From assembly GCA_910588315.1 (NCBI GenBank), contig CAJUQF010000005.1, positions 1-48,440 of the forward strand: 48,440 nt of DNA, written 5' to 3'. Source of the DNA: an uncultured Christensenellaceae bacterium. Its GTDB lineage: Bacteria; Bacillota; Clostridia; Christensenellales; Pumilibacteraceae. Position 1 is the first letter of the stretch. Every line of letters begins with the position of its first letter. The notes under the pieces were generated by a model. That model was given only the letters and a program-made list of their open reading frames with translations, had not been told where the DNA came from and made no database searches. Of this stretch, positions 21,359-31,500 are shown one piece after another. The translations under genes were made by a program, and so were the position numbers.

Positions 21359-21880
21359 ATGGCACGCGAAGATTTCAGAAAGAAAAGAGAAAAAGACGTT
21401 GTCGACGACGGTATCAAAACCAAGCTCGTCACCACGAGAAGAGTCAGCAAAGTCGTTAAAGGCGGTCGTAACAGCTCGTTTGCCGCGCTTGTCGTTGCCG
21501 GCGACGGCAAGGGCAGAGTGGGTATCGGCATGGGCAAAGCCACCGAAGTTCCCGAGGCTATCAAAAAAGCGGAGCAGTCCGCGCGCCGCGATATGAAAAA
21601 GATCGCGCTCAACGGCACTGCGATCCCGCACGAAACGGTCGGCGAGTTTTCTTGCAGCAAGGTACTTCTCCGTCCCGCGCCCGAAGGTAAAGGCGTTATA
21701 GCGGGCGGAAGCGTACGTGCGGTGTTGGAGCTTTGCGGCGTTAACAACATTACTACGAAATGCTACGGTTCGCGCAACCCCATTAACGTGGTCAAGGCTA
21801 CCATGAAAGCATTGGAAAGCTTGCGCAATTTGGATCAGGTTGCGGCGTTAAGAGGGAAGACGGTCGACGAAATACTTTAA
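21359..21880 (+). CDS. rpsE: 30S ribosomal protein S5
   Basis: RVSKVVKGGR, EVPEAIKKA, GVIAGG. Confidence 0.98.
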   Translation: MAREDFRKKREKDVVDDGIKTKLVTTRRVSKVVKGGRNSSFAALVVAGDGKGRVGIGMGKATEVPEAIKKAEQSARRDMKKIALNGTAIPHETVGEFSCSKVLLRPAPEGKGVIAGGSVRAVLELCGVNNITTKCYGSRNPINVVKATMKALESLRNLDQVAALRGKTVDEIL

Positions 21881-21881
21881 T

Positions 21882-22005
21882 CGAGCGCGTATATGCGTCG
21901 TTAGACAAACTGCGTGCTCCTCGGCGCTCGGTCGTTTAGGACTAACTAAACTCCCGTCGCGCCTTGTCGCCGGCTGTTCGTCTAACTCGCATCTTCGCAC
22001 TCTCG
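21882..22005. repeat. Long imperfect hairpin repeat, copy B (rpsE-rpmD spacer); its 3' arm recurs at 26709-26744
   Basis: CGGTCG-TTTAG-gactaa-CTAAA-CTCCCG core; GTTAGAC/GTCTAAC stem; GCCGGCTGTTCGTCTAACTCGCAT(C/A)TTCGCACTCTC shared with the rpmJ-rpsM spacer. Confidence 0.75.
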
Positions 22006-22189
22006 GTTGACGGTTTAGCAACAGTGTCGAGCGCGTACATGCAACTTGTATCTCCGCACTCTTGAATGGCGATAAGGAAATGTCGCGCAAGCATTGTCGC
22101 TCAAAAACGCTAACGTAATCTAAATGCACCGTCTTGCTCGTATCCTACTGTAAAGTCGGGCATGAACGTGTATCAATTAGGAGAATAAT

Positions 22190-22396
22190 ATGGCAAAGAA
22201 AGCTGAACAAACCGAAAATAAAAAGCTTAACGTAACGCTTGTCAAAAGCACGGCGGGACGTTTGGTAAAACAGCAGCGCACGGTAGAAGCATTGGGGCTT
22301 AAAAAGCTCCATCAGACCGTAACGGTGGAAGATACTCCCGCTATGCGCGGCATGATAAGAACGGTCAGTCACCTTGTGACCGTAGTGGAGGCTTAA
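22190..22396 (+). CDS. rpmD: 50S ribosomal protein L30
   Basis: VTLVKS, ALGLKK, RGMI..VSHLV. Confidence 0.97.
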   Translation: MAKKAEQTENKKLNVTLVKSTAGRLVKQQRTVEALGLKKLHQTVTVEDTPAMRGMIRTVSHLVTVVEA

Positions 22397-22398
22397 TT

Positions 22399-22842
22399 AT
22401 GAAAATGCATGCACTTATGCCGGCAGACGGCTCTCATACCAAAGCCAAACGTTTGGGTCGCGGTATAGGCTCCGGTCTGGGAAAGACGTCCGGTAAGGGT
22501 CACAAAGGTCAGTGGGCGCGCAGCGGCGGCGGCGTTCGTCCCGGATTCGAGGGCGGACAGATCACGCTTATGCGCAGACTTCCCAAGCGCGGGTTCAACA
22601 ATAAATTCCAAAAGGAATTTTCCGTCATCAACATCGACAAGCTCAATATGTTCGACGACGGCACCGTTGTCGATCTTAAACTCCTTGTCGAGGCGGGCGT
22701 AGTCAAAAAAGTCGAAGCATACGGACTTAAGGTCTTGGGCGACGGCGAGATCACCAAAAAGCTTACCGTCAAAGCGGCTAAGTTTACGGCGTCCGCAAAA
22801 GAAAAGATCGAAAAAGCGGGCGGCACGGTCGAGGTCATTTAA
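22399..22842 (+). CDS. rplO: 50S ribosomal protein L15
   Basis: [30 protein letters not shown]. Confidence 0.98.
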   Translation: MKMHALMPADGSHTKAKRLGRGIGSGLGKTSGKGHKGQWARSGGGVRPGFEGGQITLMRRLPKRGFNNKFQKEFSVINIDKLNMFDDGTVVDLKLLVEAGVVKKVEAYGLKVLGDGEITKKLTVKAAKFTASAKEKIEKAGGTVEVI

Positions 22843-24144
22843 ATGTTTGAAACGCTAAAAAACGCTTTCAAAAATAAAGATGTGCGCAAAAAGATTCTGA
22901 TCACGCTTGCGCTTCTCTTTATTTATAGGCTTGGGTGCTGGGTCCCCATTCCGGGCATTGATGCGGTGACGTATCAAAGCAATTCCGGTGCGGACGGACT
23001 TTTGGGGCTTTTGAACGGTATTACGGGAAGCGCGCTCCAAAACGGCGCACTGTTTGCTATCGGTATAACGCCGTATATCAATGCGTCGATTATTTTGCAA
23101 CTGCTTACAGTAGCGATCCCGCGCCTTCAGGAATACCAAAAGCAGGGCGACGAAGGAAAGCGGAAAATAACGCAGATCACGCGTTATATAACCCTTATAC
23201 TTGCGCTTGCGCAAGCGGTGGGCGTAACCATATCGTTCCAACGCGCCGGCGCTATTTCGTCGACGGTATTCGGACCGATGAATCAAGAGTGGCTCATTTG
23301 CATGTTTGTAGCGGTACTCATGATAATGGGTTCGATGCTTACGATGTGGTTGGGCGAGCGTATCACCGACTACGGCATCGGTAACGGTATAAGCCTTTTG
23401 ATCTTTGTCGGTATCATCTCGTCCGCGGGACAGGCTATCGTCGGTTCTATTCAGAGCGCAGTGGGCGGCGACGAAATGGCTATATGGCAGCTTTTGGGCT
23501 TTGTCATCATGGTAGTCGCGGTATTCATGCTCATCGTTTTTGTCGATAACTCCGAACGCCGGGTACCCGTGCAGTATGCCAAACAGATAAAAGGCAGAAA
23601 GCAGTACGGCGGACAAAGCACTTTCATTCCGATCAAGCTCAATGCCAGCGGCGTCATGCCGATAATCTTCGCTACGGCGCTCATCACTTTCCCGCAAATG
23701 ATAGCACAGCTCGTCGCACCTACAAGTAGTTTCTATATTTGGTGGTCGACATGGCTGGGCGCGGGCAGTTGGATATATGCGATACTCGTAGCGCTGCTCA
23801 TACTCTTCTTCTCGTATTTCTACGCGTCGATAGAGTTTAACCCCGAAGATATTTCGCGCAATATACAGCAGTACGGCGGCTTTATCAACGGAATACGTCC
23901 GGGCAAGCCGACGACCGAATATCTCTCGCGCATATCCAAGCGGCTCACGCTTTTCGGCGCTATATTCCTTGCGTTTATCGCGCTTGTCCCGTCGGTCATA
24001 TTCGCCGCGGTTCTCGGCAGCGATTCGCTCGTTAACGCTTTCTCGGCGACCGGTATGTTGATCGTAGTTTCGGTCGCACTCGAATTCGAAAAACAGTTGC
24101 AGAGTCAGTTAATGATGAAGCAGTATAAAGGCTTCTTAAAGTAG
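22843..24144 (+). CDS. secY: Preprotein translocase SecY
   Basis: Multiple TM helices, GITPYINASIILQLL, GIGNGISL, GIRPG. Confidence 0.98.
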   Translation: MFETLKNAFKNKDVRKKILITLALLFIYRLGCWVPIPGIDAVTYQSNSGADGLLGLLNGITGSALQNGALFAIGITPYINASIILQLLTVAIPRLQEYQKQGDEGKRKITQITRYITLILALAQAVGVTISFQRAGAISSTVFGPMNQEWLICMFVAVLMIMGSMLTMWLGERITDYGIGNGISLLIFVGIISSAGQAIVGSIQSAVGGDEMAIWQLLGFVIMVVAVFMLIVFVDNSERRVPVQYAKQIKGRKQYGGQSTFIPIKLNASGVMPIIFATALITFPQMIAQLVAPTSSFYIWWSTWLGAGSWIYAILVALLILFFSYFYASIEFNPEDISRNIQQYGGFINGIRPGKPTTEYLSRISKRLTLFGAIFLAFIALVPSVIFAAVLGSDSLVNAFSATGMLIVVSVALEFEKQLQSQLMMKQYKGFLK

Positions 24145-24303
24145 GTCGTCTTCGACTGTTGTCGCTACACAATCTTGTGGTAATTTTCGGCGATAGCGGC
24201 GTTAATTCTCCTGGACGTAGCGCTGCTACGACTTCGTCGAATTGCCTTGCTCTCGCACGAAAATTCCTCGCAATCTTATGTAGTTCAACACTCTCAGCCG
24301 ACC
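24145..24303. repeat. Long imperfect hairpin, divergent member C (secY-adk spacer)
   Basis: CGTAG-cgctg-CTACG apex; AATTTTCG/CGAAAATT and CTACA/TGTAG stems. Confidence 0.6.
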
Positions 24304-24378
24304 TTGGACGCTCAAATCCAAAAAGACAAGATAAACGACCACTAATTCTGTATTCCGCATTAGCTAAGGGAGTAATAA

Positions 24379-24996
24379 ATGAATCTCATAATCATGGGAG
24401 CGCCTGGCAGCGGCAAAGGCACGCAGGCGGCGATCATATGTAAGACGCACAATATACCGCACATATCCACAGGCGATCTGTTGCGCAAAAACATTGCGGA
24501 CGGCACCGAGCTCGGTAAAAAAGCCAAGGAGTTCATGGATGCGGGCAAGCTCGTTCCGGACGATCTGGTGATCGCGCTGTTGAAAAACAGGATAAGCGAA
24601 GCCGATTGCAAAAACGGATTTCTTCTCGACGGATTCCCGCGCACCAAGGCACAGGCGGACGCGCTTGCGGAGATAGTCGATATCGATATCGCACTCAATC
24701 TCATTACGGATCTTAACAAGCTTGCGGATCGCATGGCAAGCCGCAGAGTATGTCTCAAATGCGGATTCACCACCAGCGCGCAGGATGCGCCGGACGGGAT
24801 ATGCAAGGCATGCGGCGACAAACTCGTCATTCGCGACGACGACAAGCGCGAAGTCGTGGAGAACAGACTCAAAGTTTACGAAGCCAACACCGCGCCGCTC
24901 GTCGAGTATTACGAGCAGAAGGGCTTGCTCAAAGCGGTGGACGGCATGCAGTCCATAGAGGCTGTAAACGCCGCGATCGAGGCGGCGCTTAAATGA
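24379..24996 (+). CDS. adk: Adenylate kinase (zinc-lid type)
   Basis: GAPGSGKGTQA, HISTGD, LDGFPRT, CxxC..CxxC lid. Confidence 0.98.
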   Translation: MNLIIMGAPGSGKGTQAAIICKTHNIPHISTGDLLRKNIADGTELGKKAKEFMDAGKLVPDDLVIALLKNRISEADCKNGFLLDGFPRTKAQADALAEIVDIDIALNLITDLNKLADRMASRRVCLKCGFTTSAQDAPDGICKACGDKLVIRDDDKREVVENRLKVYEANTAPLVEYYEQKGLLKAVDGMQSIEAVNAAIEAALK

Positions 24997-25733
24997 TAGT
25001 CAAGACCGACAAAGAGCGAGAGGGCATGCGCGCGGCGAGCCGCGTGGTAAAAGCGGCGCTCGACGCGGCGGAGCGGTTCATCAAACCGGGCGTAACCACT
25101 CTGGAGATCGACGCGATCGTGGAAGAAACGATAAGAAGTTTCGGCGCGACGCCGTCGAGCAAAGGGTTTTGCGGTTATCCTAACGCCTCGTGCATATCGG
25201 TCAACGACGTCGTCATTCACGGGATACCGTCGCTCATGACGGTCAAGGACGGCGACATAGTGTCTGTTGACATTACCGTACTTTTAAACGGATATCAAGG
25301 CGACGCGGCGCGCACGTTCCCGGTCGGGAGCATAAGCGCCAAGGATGCGGCGCTCATCGCCGCCGCCAAGGACGCGTTTTTCGCCGGCATGGAATATGCC
25401 AAAGCGGGCAATCGTGTGGGCGACATATCGAGCGCCGTGCAGCTGTATTCGGAACTTCACGGTTACGGCGTCGTCAGAGCGTTTACCGGACACGGGATAG
25501 GGCATAAAATGCACGAAGCCCCGGAAGTTCCCAACTTCGGCAAACACGGCACGGGTTCTCCGCTTAAAGCCGGACTGTGCATAGCCGTCGAACCGATGAT
25601 AACGACCGGCGATTGGCGCGTGCATATCGAACGCGACGGCTGGACGGTCAGAACGAACGACGGCAGTAAAGCGGCGCACTACGAAAATACCGTAATTATT
25701 ACGGACGGCGCGCCGGAGATCCTTACATTATAA
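24993..25733 (+). CDS. map: Methionine aminopeptidase type I
   Basis: CISVND..IHGIP, GDAART, GHGIG..MHE, EPM, AHYENT. Confidence 0.97.
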   Translation: MIVKTDKEREGMRAASRVVKAALDAAERFIKPGVTTLEIDAIVEETIRSFGATPSSKGFCGYPNASCISVNDVVIHGIPSLMTVKDGDIVSVDITVLLNGYQGDAARTFPVGSISAKDAALIAAAKDAFFAGMEYAKAGNRVGDISSAVQLYSELHGYGVVRAFTGHGIGHKMHEAPEVPNFGKHGTGSPLKAGLCIAVEPMITTGDWRVHIERDGWTVRTNDGSKAAHYENTVIITDGAPEILTL

Positions 25734-25751
25734 TATAACGGAAGGCAATCA

Positions 25752-26006
25752 ATGCAGATCGGCGACATAGTCATAAGCAAAGCCGGACACGACAAAGGCT
25801 GCCCGTTCGTGGTAATAGCTGTCATGAACGACGATTTCGTCCTTATAGCGGACGGACGCGGGCGCGGGATGGACAATCCCAAGCTCAAACGCAAACGGCA
25901 TTTACGGGTCGCGGCGCAGAGCGACTTGACCGACCCGACAAACGCAACGCTCAAAAAGAGTATCAAACAATTCAATTCGGACAGGAGGATGTATGCCGAG
26001 AAGTGA
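25752..26006 (+). CDS. KOW-motif RNA-binding protein (L14e-like), conserved between map and infA in Clostridia
   Basis: [28 protein letters not shown]. Confidence 0.85.
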   Translation: MQIGDIVISKAGHDKGCPFVVIAVMNDDFVLIADGRGRGMDNPKLKRKRHLRVAAQSDLTDPTNATLKKSIKQFNSDRRMYAEK

Positions 26007-26214
26007 CAATATCGAAACGGAAGGCACCGTCGAAGAATGCTTGCCGGGTACAAAGTTCAAGGTCAAGCTTGATAACGGCGCAACGGTGCTGTGTACGATA
26101 GCAGGTAAAATGCGCGTCAATTACATCAAGGTTTTGCTTGGTGACCGCGTCAAAGTAGCCATATCGCCCTATGATATAACCAAGGGCATAATCACTTTCC
26201 GCAGCAAATCCTGA
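25993..26214 (+). CDS. infA: Translation initiation factor IF-1
   Basis: [28 protein letters not shown]. Confidence 0.97.
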   Translation: MPRSDNIETEGTVEECLPGTKFKVKLDNGATVLCTIAGKMRVNYIKVLLGDRVKVAISPYDITKGIITFRSKS

Positions 26215-26402
26215 TCCCGCGGGAGCGTCAAAGTCTCGAAGTCGGAGAAATGCCGATCCGGGCTTGATAATCGCCCGCCGCGTCGAGCGCCGAGCAAACG
26301 GTTCTCGCGCATAACGGATCGGTCACATAATATCCGTATCGTTCGCCGCATGGATGGAACGTTGTACGGATCACACATTAATCTCGTAGTAGGAGAAAAA
26401 TC

Positions 26403-26519
26403 ATGAAAGTCAGATCTTCGGTAAAACCCATGTGCGATAAATGCAAAGTCATTCGTCGTCACGGCAAAGTAATGGTCATTTGCAGTAAGAATCCCAGTCA
26501 CAAGCAACGCCAAGGTTAA
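26403..26519 (+). CDS. rpmJ: 50S ribosomal protein L36 (38 aa, not in ORF track)
   Basis: [46 protein letters not shown]. Confidence 0.97.
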   Translation: MKVRSSVKPMCDKCKVIRRHGKVMVICSKNPSHKQRQG

Positions 26520-26520
26520 C

Positions 26521-26648
26521 TTTTTTCACGCACTCATCGCGTGATACGGGCTACGCTTGGCTCGGCGATTCGGTCACGTAGGTGGGTCTACGCTCCCGTC
26601 ATCGCCTCACCAACTGTTGCCCGTCTGACGCGCGATTGCGCGAAAAAA
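26521..26648. repeat. Long imperfect hairpin repeat, copy D (rpmJ-rpsM spacer)
   Basis: ACGGGC/GCCCGT, TTGG/CCAA, GGCGAT/ATCGCC, CGG/CCG and CGTAG/CTACG stems. Confidence 0.85.
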
Positions 26649-26992
26649 GATACGTTCTGTATGGAGTAGGCGGCTCTTTGAGCGCGTATTCATTCCATAG
26701 TATCTCGTGCCGGCTGTTCGTCTAACTCGCATATTCGCACTCTCACATACGTTCGGTATGGTAAGGCAACGCCGCTTGTTGCGCTCGTCGAGCGCGAATT
26801 CATCGCATAGATTGACGTTTCTTGCGGCTGAACGAGCGGTACAAATTATTCACGGCGTGCCGGCACGAAATAGGCAATACTCAAAAATAACCGTTCTCGG
26901 TCCGTTGCGCGACATTCCACACGCACGGGACAAGCGGAGCGTTATTCATATAACAACATAAAAACTCATCAAACAATTCAAGGAGTAAAAAA

Positions 26993-27370
26993 GTGGCAAG
27001 AATAGCAGGTATTGATTTGCCCAAGGAAAAACGTATCGAGATAGGTCTTACCTATATCTACGGTATCGGACGTCCCACGGCGAATAAAATTCTTAAAGCG
27101 ACGGGCATCGATCCCGACGTTCGTGTAAAGGACTTGACCGGCGATCAGGAAAACGCGCTCCGTACTTATATCGACAAAAATATCAAGACGGAAGGCGATC
27201 TTCACCGCGAAGTCGAACTCAATATCAAACGCCTTAAAGATATAGGCTGTTATCGCGGCGTGCGGCATCGTAAAAACTTGCCCGTGCGCGGTCAGAACAC
27301 CAAGCAAAACGCGCGCACCCGTAAAGGCCCGAAGCGCACCGTTTCGCGTAGCAAGAAGAAGGAGCGTTAA
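26993..27370 (+). CDS. rpsM: 30S ribosomal protein S13 (GTG start)
   Basis: [32 protein letters not shown]. Confidence 0.98.
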   Translation: MARIAGIDLPKEKRIEIGLTYIYGIGRPTANKILKATGIDPDVRVKDLTGDQENALRTYIDKNIKTEGDLHREVELNIKRLKDIGCYRGVRHRKNLPVRGQNTKQNARTRKGPKRTVSRSKKKER

Positions 27371-27376
27371 TCTACT

Positions 27377-27766
27377 ATGGCAGTAAAGAAAACTTCTACC
27401 AAAAAGAAGATAACCAAAAATATCGATAAAGGTTGCGTCCATATCCACGCGTCGTTCAACAATACGATCGTAACGTTTACGGACGAACAGGGCAACGCGA
27501 TTTCCGCATGCTCGGCGGGCGCGCTTAAATTCCGCGGCTCGCGTAAGTCGACGCCGTATGCGGCGCAGATGGCAGCCGAGGAAGCCGCCAAGCGCGCTAT
27601 GGAACACGGCTTGCGTTCGGTCAAGGTCTTTGTAAAAGGTCCCGGCGCGGGCAGAGAGTCCGCTATACGCGCAATGGAAGTCGTAGGTCTTCAAGTGACC
27701 GAAATCAACGACGTTTCGCCCATCCCGCACAACGGATGCAGACCGCCCAAACGTCGCAGAGTGTAA
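27377..27766 (+). CDS. rpsK: 30S ribosomal protein S11
   Basis: [27 protein letters not shown]. Confidence 0.98.
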   Translation: MAVKKTSTKKKITKNIDKGCVHIHASFNNTIVTFTDEQGNAISACSAGALKFRGSRKSTPYAAQMAAEEAAKRAMEHGLRSVKVFVKGPGAGRESAIRAMEVVGLQVTEINDVSPIPHNGCRPPKRRRV

Positions 27767-27781
27767 GGAGTAGCATAGATT

Positions 27782-28402
27782 ATGGCAAGAAATATTTGTG
27801 CAGATTGCAGACAGTGCCGCAGAGAAGGACAGAAATTGTTCTTGAAAGGCGAGCGCTGTGTTTCCAAAAAGTGCGCGATGGAGCGTCGCCCCGTTCCCCC
27901 GGGCGCGCACGCCATGACTCGGCGCAAGAACAGCGAGTACAACACTCAGCTCCGCGAAAAACAAAAGGTAAAACGCGCGTACGGAGTGCTTGAAAAGCAG
28001 TTCAGAGAATATTACGAAAAAGCGGAAGCGCAAAAGGGTGTTACCGGCGAGAACATGCTCGCCATGCTCGAAAAGCGGCTTGACAACGTTGTGTACCGCA
28101 TGGGTATCGGCGCGTCGCGCAAAATGTCGCGTCAGATAGTAAACCACGGTCACATTCTCGTCAACGGCAAGCGCGTAGACATTCCGTCGTATCAAGTCAA
28201 GCTCGGCGACGAGATCTCCGTAAGAGAAACAAGCCGCGACAACGCGCTGTTTAAAGAGCTGCGCGGCGCAAAGATCGTCATGCCCAAATGGGTAATGTTC
28301 GATACGGAAAACTTCGTCGGCAAGGTAGTTGACAATCCGAAGCGCGACGATATCGATCTCAATATCAACGAGCAGCTCATCGTCGAGTTGTATTCCAAGT
28401 AA
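27782..28402 (+). CDS. rpsD: 30S ribosomal protein S4
   Basis: CRREG.KLFLKGERC, LREKQK, RLDNVVYR, ELYSK. Confidence 0.98.
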   Translation: MARNICADCRQCRREGQKLFLKGERCVSKKCAMERRPVPPGAHAMTRRKNSEYNTQLREKQKVKRAYGVLEKQFREYYEKAEAQKGVTGENMLAMLEKRLDNVVYRMGIGASRKMSRQIVNHGHILVNGKRVDIPSYQVKLGDEISVRETSRDNALFKELRGAKIVMPKWVMFDTENFVGKVVDNPKRDDIDLNINEQLIVELYSK

Positions 28403-28418
28403 TAAGGAGTATTTGGTC

Positions 28419-29372
28419 ATGATGGAAATCGAAATGCCGAGAATAACAATGGAAGAAACCGACAGCTACCGTACCGGCAAGTTTGTCGTCGAGCCGCTCG
28501 ATCGCGGTTACGGCCACACGCTCGGTAACGCATTGCGTCGCGTATTGTTGTCCAACCTTCCCGGCGCGGCGGTCATCGGGATCATGATCGAAGGCGTCGA
28601 TCACGAGTTCTCGACCGTAAAGGGAGTTAAGGAAGATGTGACCGAGATCATTCTCAACCTTAAATCGCTCAATCTCAAAGCCAACTATACCGACAAGGAT
28701 CTCGTCAAGGAACTGCATATCCAAAAGAGCGCACCCGGTATAGTGACAGCTGCGGACATCGATGTCGACCCCGAGATCGACGTACTCAACCCCGACCTTT
28801 ACATCTGCACTCTCGACGAGGGCGCCAAGCTCGATATGACGCTTTATGTCGGTAAGGGCAGAGGCTATGTCGTTGCGGACGAGCTTAAAGATCCCGCGCG
28901 TCCCATCGGCTATATTCCGATCGACGCCATATTTACGCCCGTCAAGTTCGCGTCGTACTCCGTCGAGCCGACGCGCGTCGGACAGTCCATGGACTTCGAC
29001 AAGCTCACGATCAACGTAAAGACCGACGGTTCGCTGTCTGCCAAAGATGTGTTGAGCTTAGCGGCGAAAGCGCTCGAAGATCATGTAAAACTGTTCGTGG
29101 CGCTTTCCGACACGATCTCCGGTATGGACATTCTTGTCTCGCGCTCGGAAGACCGTCAGGCGAAAGTGCTGGAAATGAACATAGAGGAAATGGATCTGTC
29201 GGTGCGCAGCTACAACTGCTTAAAGCGCGCAGGCATTCACACCGTTGCCGATCTTACCCGCAAGACCGAAGAGGACATGCTCAAAGTGCGTAACCTCGGA
29301 AGAAAGTCGCTTGACGAAGTCATCGCCAAGCTGCGCGGATTCGGATTGGACCTTAAGGCAGCGGAAGACTAA
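28419..29372 (+). CDS. rpoA: RNA polymerase alpha subunit
   Basis: EPLDRGYGHTLGNALRRVLLS, HEFST, LSVRSYNCLKRAG; AAGGAG RBS before ATG 28419. Confidence 0.99.
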   Translation: MMEIEMPRITMEETDSYRTGKFVVEPLDRGYGHTLGNALRRVLLSNLPGAAVIGIMIEGVDHEFSTVKGVKEDVTEIILNLKSLNLKANYTDKDLVKELHIQKSAPGIVTAADIDVDPEIDVLNPDLYICTLDEGAKLDMTLYVGKGRGYVVADELKDPARPIGYIPIDAIFTPVKFASYSVEPTRVGQSMDFDKLTINVKTDGSLSAKDVLSLAAKALEDHVKLFVALSDTISGMDILVSRSEDRQAKVLEMNIEEMDLSVRSYNCLKRAGIHTVADLTRKTEEDMLKVRNLGRKSLDEVIAKLRGFGLDLKAAED

Positions 29373-29391
29373 ATAGGAGAACAAAACGATT

Positions 29392-29901
29392 ATGGAACAG
29401 AGAAAACTTTCCCGTCCTACGGACCAGCGCAACGCGCTTTTGCGCAACCAGGTAACCGCGCTGCTGTGGAACGAAAAAATAACCACGACGCATGCCAGAG
29501 CGAAAGAAGTTTCGCGGCTTGCCGATAAGATAATCCAGCTTGCCGTCGACACCGTTCTCGACGTCAAAAAAGACGTCAAAAAATCGGTCGACAAAAAGGG
29601 TAAGCCCATCGAAGTCGAGGTCATTCTCGACGGACCGCAACGCCTTGCCGCGCGCAGAAAGATCATGGCTATGATCTACGATCCGCCCGAAACCAAAAAG
29701 CCGGGCGAGACCGGTCCCGCATTCAGAGAGCGCACGCAGGACGTAAAGCATCCGCTTGTCGAGCGTATCTTTAACGTGTATGCTATCCGTTATTCTCAGC
29801 GCAACCACGACAACAACTCCGCCGGCGGTTATACGCGCGTGCTTAAGCTCGGCGCCCGCAGAGGCGACGGCGCGGAAGAAGCGCTTATCGAGTTGGTATA
29901 A
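29392..29901 (+). CDS. rplQ: 50S ribosomal protein L17 with internal insertions
   Basis: KLSR, I.TT.ARAKE, GGYTRVLK...RRGDGA. Confidence 0.96.
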   Translation: MEQRKLSRPTDQRNALLRNQVTALLWNEKITTTHARAKEVSRLADKIIQLAVDTVLDVKKDVKKSVDKKGKPIEVEVILDGPQRLAARRKIMAMIYDPPETKKPGETGPAFRERTQDVKHPLVERIFNVYAIRYSQRNHDNNSAGGYTRVLKLGARRGDGAEEALIELV

Positions 29902-29923
29902 TTTAAAGTAATATAATAAATTA

Positions 29924-29958
29924 CGGCATCGGTAGTAAAACTATCGGTGCCGTTTTTA
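29924..29958 (+). terminator. Intrinsic terminator of the ribosomal protein superoperon
   Basis: CGGCATCGGTAG-taaaa-CTATCGGTGCCG followed by T tract. Confidence 0.85.
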
Positions 29959-30001
29959 TGTTATGCCCGCAGGATCAACGATCGGCAAATCAAAATCAAA
30001 T

Positions 30002-30541
30002 TTATAAAGCGGCAACGATTTTTCTATGCGCTTTTAATTTCTTCAATGCCCATTCGTAATGTGCTATCGTGGTGGAAATAAAATACTGTCCTAACGTACT
30101 GCCGCCCACCCAAGAAAAAACATTTTTATCGAATAATTGCCGTGTATCGTATTTTTGCATCAAAGTCATTATTTCGTTATGCGATCGCGACAATAATTCT
30201 TTTGCTTTTTCAAGGGAGATTTTTTGCGCCCTTTCAAAGAATACCGTATTCATATCGCCGTAATTTGCCCACGAGTATCCGTCCATTAAAAATTGTCTCG
30301 ATCTGCCTTGTTCGTTTTCCGATACCCAATGCAGCATTAACTGTTGCCATTCGTACAGGTGCATTAAAACGTCTCGCAAATTTTTATCTCTTTTCCAATG
30401 AGCCTCGCTTTTATTAAGGCGTGAAAAATCAAATTCCGTATCGAGCTCTTTTTCGGTTAAAGAATTAATGAAATCAAAAAGGTTATCGTATCCCTTTGTG
30501 CTTTCCGATATCAAATCTTCTTTTGTTCTCGGTCTTGCCAT
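30002..30541 (-). CDS. ClbS/DfsB family (DUF1706) four-helix-bundle protein
   Basis: MARPRTKEDL, RDKNLRDVL.HLYEW, HYEWALKKLK; AAGGAG RBS before ATG 30541. Confidence 0.85.
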   Translation of the reverse strand: MARPRTKEDLISESTKGYDNLFDFINSLTEKELDTEFDFSRLNKSEAHWKRDKNLRDVLMHLYEWQQLMLHWVSENEQGRSRQFLMDGYSWANYGDMNTVFFERAQKISLEKAKELLSRSHNEIMTLMQKYDTRQLFDKNVFSWVGGSTLGQYFISTTIAHYEWALKKLKAHRKIVAAL

Positions 30542-30645
30542 AGTAAACTCCTTGATCAATGAATTTCTTACGTGTTTAGTTTGTTGTGCAAAATGAATAA
30601 AGTCAACTTCCCGACGGGTGTGCGGCGCTCGGCAGTAATTACGAT

Positions 30646-31500
30646 TTATCGAGTCCAAGTATCGTATTCAGAGGACTCTTTAAAACCGATCCGGTGATAA
30701 AAGTTTTGGTCGGATATAACTATCGCTCGCTTGGCGCCGGATTTTTTGGCGCGCGCCATAGCTTCGTAAACCACTGCTGTTGCCAAGCCGAGCTTTCTGC
30801 ATTGCGGAACGGTGGCGACAGGCTCGATATATGCGGTTGCTCCGTGCGTGTACCAAATACCGCAATGCGAACAATATTCTTTCGAGAGATCCAGTGCGAA
30901 AATTTTCAGATCGCTGTTGAAATGAGCAGACGGTTTTAAAAGCTCGTCGCTCCATTTTTCCGGTATGCCGTCGTTGTCGAAGCCTTTGTGTATAACAAGT
31001 TGATATTTTCGATTATCTATTTCGAAATGTTCCGGACTGATCGAATAGCCATAGGGGATCACATATTGCAAATCGTTTTCCAAATCGAATTCCAAAACGC
31101 AATCGGCTTTGCCGCGGTTGTGAAAATGATATTCTTGCAAAACTTCGATTAACGCCGTGTCTTGCGAATTTACCTTGACGGACGATCCTTTTTCTACAAC
31201 ATACTCTACCATTGCGCTCAATAACTCTTTATCCGATACGGCGTGTATGATATAAGCCCGGTCTTTATAACTCGTATCGAAAGTAATCAAGCCGACGATT
31301 TCGCCGGAGCTGTCTCTGAATATCGCGATATACGTAAGAGCATCCACGTCCAAAAAGCTATGGCACATCATCCATTCGAATCGCGCCCAGTGAAAATGTT
31401 CGTTATATCCCTTATCGGCGGACTTAGATAAAAAAAGATATATCTCTTCGTATTGTTCGTTGAATCGGATATTGCTTTTGTAATTGTCTATCGTGTACAT
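30646..31500 (-). CDS. GNAT-family N-acetyltransferase
   Basis: C-terminal IEPVATVP..RKLGLA..FY.RIGF acetyl-CoA motif. Confidence 0.88.
   Translation of the reverse strand: MYTIDNYKSNIRFNEQYEEIYLFLSKSADKGYNEHFHWARFEWMMCHSFLDVDALTYIAIFRDSSGEIVGLITFDTSYKDRAYIIHAVSDKELLSAMVEYVVEKGSSVKVNSQDTALIEVLQEYHFHNRGKADCVLEFDLENDLQYVIPYGYSISPEHFEIDNRKYQLVIHKGFDNDGIPEKWSDELLKPSAHFNSDLKIFALDLSKEYCSHCGIWYTHGATAYIEPVATVPQCRKLGLATAVVYEAMARAKKSGAKRAIVISDQNFYHRIGFKESSEYDTWTR

Noticed and set aside
13223..29808. Long antisense ORFs over the ribosomal operon (e.g. 19098-20921, 26978-28420, 22855-23697)
   Set aside because: Shadow frames of highly biased coding sequence; no RBS or recognisable motifs.
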